Assembly: GCA_036785375.1 (NCBI GenBank)
Contig: JAWMAR010000508.1
Span: 992,001 to 1,056,000 of the forward strand
DNA length: 64,000 nucleotides
Reading direction: 5' to 3'
DNA from: Leucoraja ocellata
Lineage: Eukaryota
How positions within the stretch are numbered: position 1 is the stretch's first letter; every line of letters begins with the position of its first letter. The notes below the pieces were generated by a model. That model did not search any database and was not told the DNA's origin. It saw nothing but the letters and a program-made list of their open reading frames with translations. Shown here in pieces: positions 34,400-45,120 of this stretch. Made by a program: the position numbers and the translations under genes.

Positions 34400-37339
34400 C
34401 TAACACACACAGAAACAGATACAGTTAGTTAAATATAACAAGATACCTCAGTTCACATGGTAATCCCAGTCCCGCACGAGGAAGAATGTTTTTACAAGGT
34501 ACAGAAGTGTGAAAACACACACCTCCAGATTATCAAGGACCAGTCTCACTTCCTCTCCCCCTCCTCTCCCACCGGTCAAAAGGTACTAGAATGTTGCCTG
34601 GGTTTCAACAACTAAGTTACAGAGATAGGTTGAATAAGTTAGGTCTTTATTCTCTGGAGCGCAGAAGGTTAAGGGGGGACTTGATAGAGGTCTTTAAAAT
34701 GATGAGAGGGATAGACAGAGTTGATGTGGACAAGCTTTTCCCTTTGAGAATAGGGAAGATTCAAACAAGAGGACATGACTTCAGAATTAAGGGACAGAAG
34801 TTTAGGGGTAATATGAGGGGGAACTTCTTTACTCAGAGAGTGGTAGCTGTGGCAAAAAAATGTTGGTGGCAAAAACAGGAAAGCAGACTATTATCTAAAT
34901 GGTGGCCGACTAGGAAAAGGGGAGATGCAGCGAGACCTGGGTGTCATGGTACACCAGTCATTGAAGGTAGGCATGCAGGTGCAGCAGGCAGTGAAGAAAG
35001 CGAATGGTATGTTAGCTTTCATAGCAAAAGGATTTCAGTATAGGAGCAGGGAGGTTCTACTGCAGTTGTACAGGGTCTTGGTGAGACCACATCTGGAGTA
35101 TTGCGTACAGTTTTGGTGCCCAAATCTGAGGAAGGACATTATTGCCATAGAGGGAGTGCAGAGAAGGTTCACCAGACTGATTCCTGGGATGTCAGGACTG
35201 TCTTATGAAGAAAGACTGGATAGACTTGGTTTATACTCTCTAGAATTTAGGAGATTGAGAGGGGATCGTATAGAAACTTACAACACTCTTAAGGGGTTGG
35301 ACAGGCTAGATGCAGGAAGATTGCTCCCGATGTTGGGGAAGTCCAGGACAAGGGGTCACAGCTTAAGGATAAGGGGGAAATCCTTTAAAACCGAGATGAG
35401 AAGAACTTTTTTTTCACACAGAGAGTGGTGAATCTCTGGAACTCTCTGCCGCAGAGGGTAGTCGAGGCCAGTTCATTGGCTATATTTAAGAGGGAGTTAG
35501 ATGTGGCCCTTGTGGCTAAGGGGATCAGAGGGTATGGAGAGAAGGCAGGTACGGGATACTGAGTTGGCTGATCAGCCATGATCATATTGAATGGCGGTGC
35601 AAGCTCGAAGGGCCGAATGGCCTACTCCTGCACCTAATTTCTATGTTTCTATGTTTCTATGTCTAAGACAATTCCCCATATCTCCGAGCCTGTCTCGAAG
35701 GCAAACCAGGCTAAAATACTGAACCTGGCTCAACACACTTCTGGCCAAATCCCAACCTTATTGGAATACTAGCAATGTCCAGTTTTACCTGGTTAAATTG
35801 CCTCCGACAATGTCTCAATCATTTGAGTATTGTACAGCCAATTGTAAATCTTAGCAACTTGTTCGTGGTCACTTAGTTGTAAAGTAACTCTGGTCAGCTT
35901 TCATGCTGATACCAGCTTCAGTGAACCGCTTACTGCCGATGAAGCCGTGGGGTGCGTTGTCCACGAAACTATGAAGCCTTCCTCGTCATTGACCTAATTG
36001 GTCTAACAGTTTTGCTTCCTCCTTCAGGTTTTGCCTGTAGAATAGGTATTACCTGAATAGAAGATTCGGCAGGTGGCTGTAACGTCCCCTGATAATGGTC
36101 TTCACTGCATTGTGTTGGGTGGCAACCTTACTGCCAGGAATCGTACCTCTGACACATGCCCTCCATCCCTTGAGGTATGCCCCACGCTATACCCTCAGCC
36201 TCGGCATCAGATTTACACTGACCCGGCATGTTCTCCTCCTCCTCCATAAGGGAGACATTAAGCAGCCCTACTAAAAGGTGCAGCTGGCGCGGCCTCTCAA
36301 ACAGGCCCACCCTTCAGGGTCAGAACTTAGAAACATAGAAACATATAAATTAGGTGCAGGAGTAGGCCATTCGGCCCTTCGAGCCTGCACCGCCATTCAA
36401 TATGATCATGGCTGATCATCCAACTCAGTATCCCGTACCTGCCTTCTCTCCATACCCTCTGATCCCCTTAGCCACAAGGGCCACATCTAACTCCCTCTTA
36501 AATATAGCCAATGAACTGTGGCCTCGACTACACTCTGCGGCAGAGAGTTCCACAGATTCACCACTCTCTGTGTGAACAAAGTTCTTCTCATCTCGGTTTT
36601 AAAGGATTTCCCCCTTTAAGAGGGAGTTAGATGTGGCCCTTGTGGCTAAGGGGATCAGGGGGTATGGAGAGAAGGCAGGTACGGGATATTGAGTTGGATG
36701 ATCAGCCATGATCATTTTGAATGGCGAATGGTGCAGGCTCAAAGGGCCGAATGGCCTCTACTCCTGCACCTAATTTCTATGTATCTATGTTTCTATATAA
36801 CCATATAACAATTACAGCACGGAAACAGGCCATCTCGACCCGTCTAGTCCGTGCTGAACACATATTCTACCCTAGTCCCATATACCTGCGCTCAGACCAT
36901 AACCTTCCATTCCCTTCCCGTCCATATAACTATCCAATTTATTTTTAAATGATAAAAACGAACCTGCCTCCACCACCTTCACTGGAAGCTCATTCCACAC
37001 TGCTACCACTCTCTGAGTAAAGAAGTTCCCCCTCATGTTACCCCTAAACTTCAGTCCCTTAATTCTCAGGTCATGTCCCCTTGTTTGAATCTACCCTACT
37101 CTCAGTGGGAAAAGCTTTTCCACATCAACTCTGACTATCCCTCTCATCATTTCAAAGACCTCTATCGAGTCCCCCCTTAACCTTCTGCGCTCCAAAGAAT
37201 TAAGCCCTAACTTGTTCAACCTTTCTCTGTAACTTAGTTGCTGAAACCCAGGCAACATTCTAGTAAATCTCCTCTGTACTCTCTCTAACAGCTGGGAAGA
37301 AACTGTTGAGTGAATGAGTGAATTATACGGGACACTTAC

Positions 37340-37705
37340 CAATAACACGGAGCTGTGTTGGAGGGTGGTAGTTGTAACGATTTCCATCTCCAAAATCAAC
37401 TCTGAAAAAATAAGGACCTGTATCTTGCTGCCTGACGTTGTCTATAACCAGGGAACAGTCCTTGTCTCTCAGGAATCCTGACAGCCGGGTCCGATGCTGA
37501 AACTGTGTTGATATTACACTGGGATACCTGGAGTGGAAGGCTACAGACCGATGGTTCTGTGTCTCACTGTTATACCAGATTCCAGTCCGTGGTTTTTTAT
37601 TTAGATACGACGGGTGCCTGTACTGACACGGAATCCGTGCACACAGGCCATTCTGCGCTGTCACATGTGGTGGATCCCACGGTCTCCACTGTCCCGACAC
37701 CACGG
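37340..37705 (-). CDS. Siglec-like cassette B, V-set sialic acid-binding domain exon
   Basis: 366-nt phase1-1 exon (ctcctcag| ... |gtaagt) encoding GLCARIPC, RTRLSGFLRDKDCSL, DTGPYFFRVD, NRYNY. Protein is identical to cassette A. Confidence 0.92.
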
Positions 37706-39468
37706 CTGAGGAGAGAAGGAACAATCTTTAGCAGTGAACACCCTGTCAGTTCACTGGACTCACTCTCCACACATTTTATCCTGCGCTGTGGGCCTGGTGT
37801 GTACAGAGCGGGGAAGAGTGGCGTGGTGGTGTAGTGGTAGAGCCTCACTCCTCACCCCCCCCCCCCCCCTCACACAGTCCGTCACTCCCTCTTCACCCCC
37901 CCCCCCTCACACAGTGTGTCACTTCCACCTCCCCCCCACAGTGTGTGTCACTCCCTACAACAGTGCATCACTCCCTCCCACAGTATGTCACTCCTCAACA
38001 CCCCCCCACAGTGCATCACTCCATCCTCACCCCCTCCCACAGTGCGTCGCTCCCTCTTCACCGTCCCCTCCCCCACAGTGCGTTACTCCCTCTTCACTGC
38101 GCCTCCCACACTGCATCACTCCCTCCCACAGCGCATCACTCCCTCCCACACTGATCTCTCCTCCCACAGTGCATCACTCCCTCCTCACCGCCCCTCCCAC
38201 ACTGCATCACTCCTCTCACAGTGTCTCACTCCCTCCTCACCCCCCCTCCCACAGTGCGTCACTCCCTCTCACAGTGCATCACTCCCTCCCACACTGCATC
38301 ACTCCTCTCACAATGCATCGCTCCCTCCTCACCCCCCCCCTCCCACAGTGCATCACTCCCTCCCACAGTGTCTCACTCCCTCCTCACCGCCCCTCCCACA
38401 GTGCGTTACTCCCTCCCACAGTGCATCACTCCCTCCTCACCGCACCTTCCACAGTGCGTCACTCCCAGGGACCAGTAGAGTTTCCCTTGTGGCCAGGGCC
38501 CGGAGCGCAAGGAGCACCGCCACTCCACCTCGGGCCCATAGGGGGAGGAGTGACTCTGCTGTCAGCGACCGAAGGACTGGTGATGGGATCTAGGGAGTTG
38601 GCAGGGCCGAAGATGGCCTGGCTGGGTTGCTCCTGGGCCTGGCCAAGCTGGCCATCCGCGAGTCACGGTGCCAGGCGGAAGAGGGCTTTGCCTGAACAGT
38701 TGCTTGCATCTTTGCGGTGACCGATTAGGAAAAGAGGAGATGCAGCGAGACCTGGGTGTCATGGTACAACAGTCCTTGAAAGTAGGCATGCAGGTGCAGC
38801 AGGCAGTGAAGAAAGCGAATGGTATGTTAGCATTCATAGCAAAAGGATTTGAGTCTAGGAGCAGGGAGGTTCTACTGCAGTTGTACAGGGTCTTGGTGAG
38901 ACCACACCTGGAGTATAGCGTACAGTTTTGGCCTCCTAATCTGAGGAAAGACATTCTTGCCATAGAGGGAGTGCAGAGAAGGTTCATCAGACTGATTCCT
39001 GGGATGTCAGGACTTTCATATGAAGAAAGACTGGATAGACTGGGCTTTAGAATTTAGAAGATTGAGGGGGGATCTAATAGGAACTTACAAAATTCTTAAG
39101 GGGTTGGACAGGCTAGATGCAGGAAGATTGTTCCCGATGTTGCGGAAGTCCAGGACAGGAGGGTCACAGTTTAAGAATAAAGGATAAATCTTTAAGGATA
39201 TGGGATGATGTTCCTCCAATTTGCATTTAGCCCCACTCTGACAGTAGAGGAGACCTAGGACAGAAAGGTCATTGTGAGAATGGGACGGGTGATTAAAGTG
39301 TTTGGCAACCGGGAGATCAGGTAGGTCCAGGCAGACTGAGCGAAGGTGTTCAGCGAAATGATCATAGCAGCCCCAGAACCGACCCCTGCGGAACTCCGCT
39401 AGTCACTGGCAGCCAACCACTAAAAGCCTCCTTGCCCGTAAACACTTCCGAGTTGCTGCTGGTGGTAC

Positions 39469-39508
39469 CTTGGAGAAGGGAGAGGAGGAAGAACGATCGC
39501 CCGATCAT
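39469..39508 (-). CDS. Siglec-like gene, signal peptide (leader) exon, coding part
   Basis: Minus strand reads tactttctcttccag|atcggg...ATG ATC GGG CGA TCG TTC TTC CTC CTC TCC CTT CTC CAA G|gtacca = MIGRSFFLLSLLQ plus a phase-1 G. Splicing to the V exon gives MIGRSFFLLSLLQAVVSG-QW, a typical signal peptide. The full exon including 5'UTR is 39469-39542. Confidence 0.85.
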
Positions 39509-39993
39509 TGTCCGATCCCCGATATCCCGTCAGTTACCCGATCTGGAAGAGAAAGTAATTGCAGTCAAACTCCAGCGACCAATATACATAAAACGAAACC
39601 GATGTAATGCTGAGGTTCTACAAGGCAGTGGTCAGGCCACATTTGGAATATTGTGTGCAATTTTGAGCCCCATATCAGATGAAGCACGTGCAGGCTCTGG
39701 ATGGGATCAGAGGAGGTTTATAGCAATGAGTGGGTTTACATACGATGAGCGTTTGACGGCACTGGGCCTTTACTCACTGGAGTTTAGAAGAATGAGGGGG
39801 GGACCTCAATGAAACTTACCGAACAGTGAAAGGCTTGGAGAGTGTGGATGTGGAGAGGATATTTCCACTAGTGGGAGAGGTCATAGTCTCAGAATTAAAG
39901 GATGTTCTTTTAGGAAGGGAATGACGTGGAATTTCTTTAGTCAGACGGTGGTGAATCTGTGGAATTCTTTGCCGCAGACGGCAGTGGAGGCCA

Positions 39994-41503
39994 ATTCAAA
40001 CTTTCAAGGTCAGTTTATTGTCTCATGTACCATTTAAGGTACTGTGAAGTTCGAATAACCAACAAAAAGCAACAAGAGACACAACTACATAAAAGTCACC
40101 ATAAACACCCACCACAGCGGACTCCCCACGATCCTCACCGGGACCGAAGGCAATAAAGTCCAAACCGCTTCTTCCTCTTTTATTCTCCCATGGTCGGGGC
40201 AATCGAACTATCCGCAGTCGGGAGGATTGGAGCTCCCGCAGCCGGCAGTGGAAGACCCCGTGTCGGGGCGATCGAAGACCTCGCGTCGAGGCGGTGGAAG
40301 ACCCCGCGTCCGGGCGATCGAAGACCCCGCGTCGGGGCGGTGGAAGACCCTGCGTCGGGGCGATCGAAGACCCCTCGTCGGGGCGGTGGAAGACCCCGCG
40401 TTGGGGCGACCGAAGACCCCGCGTCGGGGCGGTGGAAGACCCCGCATCGGGGCGATGGAAGACCCCGCATTGGGGCGGTGGAAGACCCCGCGTTGGGGCG
40501 ATCGAAGACCCCGCATCGGGGCGGTGGAAGACCCCACGTCGGGGCGGTGGAAGACCCCACGTCGGGGCGGTGGAAGACCCCGCGTCGGGGCGGTGGAAGA
40601 CCCCACGTCGGGGCGGTGGAAGACCCCACGTCGGGGCGATCGAAGACCCCAAGTCGGGGCGGTGGAAGACCCCGTGTCGGGGCGGTGGAGGACCCCGCGT
40701 CGGGGCGATCGAATACCCCACGTCGGGGCGATGGAAGACCCCGCGTCGGGGCGATGGAAGACCCCGTGTCGGGGCGGTGGAAGACCCCGCGTCGGGGCGA
40801 CCGAAGACCCCAAGTCGGGGCGGTGGAAGACCCCGCGTCGGGGCGATGGAAGACCCCGCGTCGGGGCGATGGAAGACCCCGCGTCGGGGCGGTGGAAGAC
40901 CCCGTGTCGGGGCGGTGGAAGACCCCGTGTCGGGGCGGTGGAAGACCCCGTGTCGGGGCGGTGGAAGACCCCGTGTCGGGGCGGTGGAAGACCCCGTGTC
41001 GGGCCGGTGGAAGACCCCGTGTCAGGGCGGTGGAAGACCCCGTGTCGGAGCGGTGGAAGACCCTGTGTCGGGGCGATCGAAGCTCCTGCGGTTTGGAGTT
41101 TCCCGAAGTCGGTCTCTAACCAGCGAGCACAAGCTCCACAATGTTAAAGTCCACAGGCACCCATGGGTGGATCCCCAAACTTGACCCCGACAGGGATCGT
41201 AAGCTCCGTGATGGTAAGTCCTGCAGACACCCGGGGTACAGCTCTCCAAGTCGGTCTCATGCAAATGCCACCAACTCCTCGATGTTAGACCGCAGTGCGG
41301 ACGGAAATGTGATACGGAAGAAAATCGCATCTCCGTTGAGGTAAGTGATTATAAAAAGTTTCCCACAACTCCCGCCCACTCCATACATAAAACAAGCTAA
41401 AGAACACTAAAAACATACATTTAACACACACAAACAGACAACAAAACAGGAAGGGACAGACAGAGTGTTGGCGAGGCAGCCATTGCTAGCACCGCCTGGT
41501 GGT
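39994..41503 (-). mobile_element. GC-rich non-autonomous retroposon with an internal minisatellite, inserted in a CR1
   Basis: The CR1 is split between 39993 and 41504. The minus-strand tail has gacaataaac...ttgaa, and the head is ggcggtgctagcaatggctgcctcgcc. Confidence 0.65.
40244..41082. repeat. 23-bp GC-rich minisatellite (gtcggggcggtggaagaccccgc), about 36 copies
   Basis: Direct tandem units with no spacers. It explains the long Pro/Arg/Gly ORFs in all frames. Confidence 0.92.
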
Positions 41504-41761
41504 TAAGCCAGTGGATATTTTTAAGGCTGAGATAGAAAGATTATGAATTAGTACAGATGTCAGGGGTTATGGGGAGAAGGCAGGAGAATGGGGTTAAGAG
41601 GGATTGATAGATCAGCCATGATTGAATGGGGGAGTAGACTTGATGGGTTAAATGGCCTAATTCTACTATCACTTATGACCTCCTGAGCAATCTATATGCC
41701 TTCTTTTGGTTTTTAAAAGCTTCCCAATCGTTAGACCTCCTGCTAATCTTTGCCAAGTTAC

Positions 41762-42140
41762 ATGATGGCGCATGGTGGCGCAGCGGTAGAGACCCGACTT
41801 TGATCCTGACTACAGGTGCTGTCTGTACGGAGTTTGCACTGTTCTCTCTGTGATCTGCGTGGATTTTCTCCGGGGTATCTGGTTTCCTTCCACGCTCCAA
41901 AGATGTATGGGTTTGTAGGTTAATTAGACTTCGGTAAAACAAAAATTATTTGTCCGAAGTGTGTGTGTGTAGGATAGCGTTGGTCACTGGTCAGCATGGG
42001 CCGAAGGGCCTGTTTCTGCACAGTATCACTAAACTAAACACTGAAATTGTTTGTGAACGGGTGATCGATTGTCGGTGTGGACTCGATGGGCTGAAGGGCC
42101 TGTTTCCGCGCTGTGTCTCTAAACTTGAAAACTAAACTCA
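41762..42140 (+). mobile_element. tRNA-derived SINE (HE1/V-SINE-like)
   Basis: ggtggcgcagcggtagag...gatcctgactacaggtgctgtctgtacggagtttg...gggccgaagggcctgtttc...ctaaactaaa tail. Confidence 0.7.
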
Positions 42141-42359
42141 ACTGACATGAACGGCTACTGTTCTGCCATGTGGCTACCTCCCACAAGGTGCCTGGTTCAT
42201 GAATTAGGGAAGGTATCTGAGGAACAGCTTAGGGTTGGTTCTAAGCTGATCATTGCTAAAGTTGAAGTAAGAGGCTATTCATACAGAGGTTGATAAGGGG
42301 TTGTGTGGATATGTGGAACAAGCTGCCAGAGGAAGTAGTTGAGGCAAGTACAATAACAA

Positions 42360-43240
42360 CAAAATAACTGTGGACTTCAGGAAGAAACAGACAACACACA
42401 CCACACTCACCATCAATGGCAGTGCAGTGGAGTCTGTGAAAAGCACCAGGTTCCTGGGAGTGCACATCACAGATGATCAGACATGGTCCACCAACACCAT
42501 CTCCCTAGTCAAAAGGCACAGCAACGCCTCCACTTCCTTCGACGGATGAGGAGAGCTGACCTCCCCCCTTCTGCCCTCACGACTTTTTACAGGGGTGCCA
42601 TTGAGAGCATTCTTACCAGCATCCTCTCAGTCTGGTATGGCAGTTGCTCTGCTGCTGACCAGAATGCCCTACAGAGAGTGGTGAGGACAGCGGAGAAGAT
42701 CACCAGATCACCCCAATCAGCAATCCAGTACCTATGCCCTTCTCGCTGTCGCAAGAGAGCAAGCAATATCATCAAAGACACCACCCACCCAGCACACAAA
42801 CTGTTCACCCTCCTACCTTCCGGTAAGCGCTACCGCAGCATGCAGAGCAAAACCACCAGATTCAAAAACAGCTTTTTACCTCAGGCCATCAGACTACTCA
42901 ACACATTTAAGAAAATTCCATGAACAGTACCCAAACAAAGACAACAAACTGTGAAAATAACTTTGGCTCAATGTCTCCAGTACGAAATTTGCACTTTTTC
43001 TATATTGCACCTTTCATTGTTGCACCCTGTTTAAAATACCTCAAAGGTTTTGCGACATTTTGGCATACAGTGAATATTTTAATATTTGAAATAATGTATG
43101 TCTATTGTCTATTTTTATTGATATGTTGTCTGTCTGTGTTTTTAATATTACTTGCACATTTGGAGTATGGGGAAACGTAATTTCAATCCTCTGTGTAACT
43201 ACTGTTGCATAATTGAATTGACAATAAAGTTTACTTTAGT
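42360..43240 (+). mobile_element. Rex1/Babar-like RT C-terminal fragment
   Basis: KAQQRLHFLRRMRR...ESILTS...LQRVVRTAEKI...SFLPQAIRLLN. Confidence 0.8.
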
Positions 43241-44479
43241 AACATATAATTTAGTTCAGTTCAGTTTAGAGATACAGAGCGAATACAGGCCTTCAGCCCA
43301 TCGAGTCCACGCTGACTATCGATCACCCGTTCACACACTAGTTCTCTCTTTAGTCAGTGGGTGGTGAATCTGTGGAATTATTTGCCATAGCAGGCTGTGG
43401 AGAGCAAGTCAGTGGATATTTCTAAGGCTGAGATAGATAGATTGTTGATTAGAAACATAGAAACATAGAAATTAGGTGCAGGAGTAGGCCATTCGGACCT
43501 TCGAGCCTGCACCGCCATTCAATATGATCATGGCTGATCATCCAACTCAGTATCCCGTACCTGCCTTCTCTCCATACCCTCTGATCCCCTTAGCCACAAG
43601 GGCCACATCTAACTCCCTCTTAAATATAGCCAATGAACTGTGGCCTCAACTATCCTATGTGGCAGAGAGTTCCAGAGATTCGCCACTCTCTGTGTGAAAA
43701 AAGTTCTTCTCATCTCGGTTTTAAAGGATTTTCCCGTTATCCTTAAGCTGTGACCCCTTGTCCTGGACTTCCCCAACATCAGGAGCAATCTTCCTGCATC
43801 TAGCCTGTCCAACCCCTTAAGAATTTTGTAAGTTTTGTAAGGAGCAGGGAGGTTCTACTGCAGTTGTACAGGGTCTTGGTGAGACCACACCTGGAGTATT
43901 GTGTGCAGTTTTGGCCTGTTGGCCTTCATAACAAGAGGAGTTGAGTATAGGAGCAAAGAGGTCCTTCTGCAGTTGTACAGGGTCTTGGTGAGACCACACC
44001 TGGTGTATTGCGTACAATTTTGGTCTCCAAATCTGAGGAAGGACATTACTGCCATAGAGGGAGTGCAGAGAAGGTTCACCAGACTGATTCCTGGGATGCC
44101 AGGACTGTCTTATGAAGAAAGACTGGATAGACTTGGTTTATACTCTCTAGAATTTATCTCGAAGGGCCGAATGGCCTCTACTCCTGCACCTAATTTCTAT
44201 GTTTCTTGTTGAGGTACAATACAGAAACACGACATAGAAACATAGACAATATGTGCAGGAGTAGAGGCCATTCGGCCCTTCAAGCCTGCACTAATCGCCA
44301 TTCATTATGATCAGGGCTGATCATCCAACTCAGTATCCTGTACCTGCCTTCTCTCCATACCCCCTGATCCCTTTAGCCACAAGGGCCACATCTAACTCCC
44401 TCTTAAGTACAGCCAATGAACTGGCCTCAACTACCTTCTGTGGCAGAGAATTCCAGAGGTTCACCACTCTCTGCATGTA

Positions 44480-45120
44480 ATCTGAGTGTTCGTTCCTTTG
44501 CTTGCTGTAAGTTCTGGTAATGCAAAGGCCCGTACTGCTGGGAATGCAGCTACTATTTGCAAATTACACTCGCTGTTTGCCTGATAGATGGCTAGAATTT
44601 GACTATCAGGTCATTGCAGGCTTAATTAAATATTGTTGTTTGCCCCTAGGCAAAGTCACCAACGTATTTACTGTTTTCGATAGTAAATTCTAGGTAATCA
44701 ATTACCCTTGCAGGTGTCAATTTTGATTTAACTGGATGGATGAGGTAACCAAGTCTTTCAAACAGGGTTTTGATTTGCTTCTGCCAATTCTTGGTGACTC
44801 CAAAATGAAAATGTCCTCCAAATATGCCATTACTATGTGGTTCTGAGACCTTTGTAGACCCAGAATTGGTTTCCGTAGTTTCGTCAATAGTCTAGGAGCT
44901 GATGTCAACCCATGGGGCAGAGCCATGCCATCCAGTTAAACTTCAAATATCTCCTGTTCTTAGTGAATAGACACCGAATAGTATGCATCTTTGAGATCGA
45001 TGCATGCCACGTGACCATTTTATAGTAAGCTCCTATAAAACAGTAGTTAGACCGTAACAAAAATTGCTGTTCTGAAAGTCTGTACCGCACAAATGAGTTA
45101 AACCTGGATGAAGGTATTCC
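44480..45120 (-). mobile_element. Degenerate DIRS-like (tyrosine recombinase) retrotransposon RT fragment
   Basis: ALPHGLTSAPRLLTKLRKPILGLQRSQNHIVMAYLEDIFIL resembles the DIRS RT LPFGL.SAPR.FTK...YLDD motif. It is frameshifted. Confidence 0.7.

Larger units (their letters stand above)
7558..38896. repeat. Intragenic tandem duplication: unit A 7558-23100, unit B 23101-38896
   Basis: Collinear, near-identical exons, introns and TE fragments in both units, apart from the differing segment downstream of the TM exon. The junction at 23100/23101 joins a CR1 (continuing at 38897) to unique sequence (continuing at 7558 and 51357). Confidence 0.9.

Noticed and set aside
40244-41082. Palindromic 23-bp repeat array resembling a CRISPR
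   Set aside because: The units abut with no unique spacers, there are no cas genes, and the context is eukaryotic. It is a minisatellite.
40023-41184. Long ORFs (200-309 aa) in all frames
   Set aside because: Stop-free translation of a GC-rich tandem repeat. The same applies to 21741-22924, 37734-38720 and 61632-62642.
41762-41830. tRNA gene
   Set aside because: Degenerate tRNA-like head of a SINE, with no complete cloverleaf.
42140-42280. Possible terminal or first exon in a short unique stretch
   Set aside because: Only a weak acceptor giving DTFPNS*, with no ITIM and no convincing donor.
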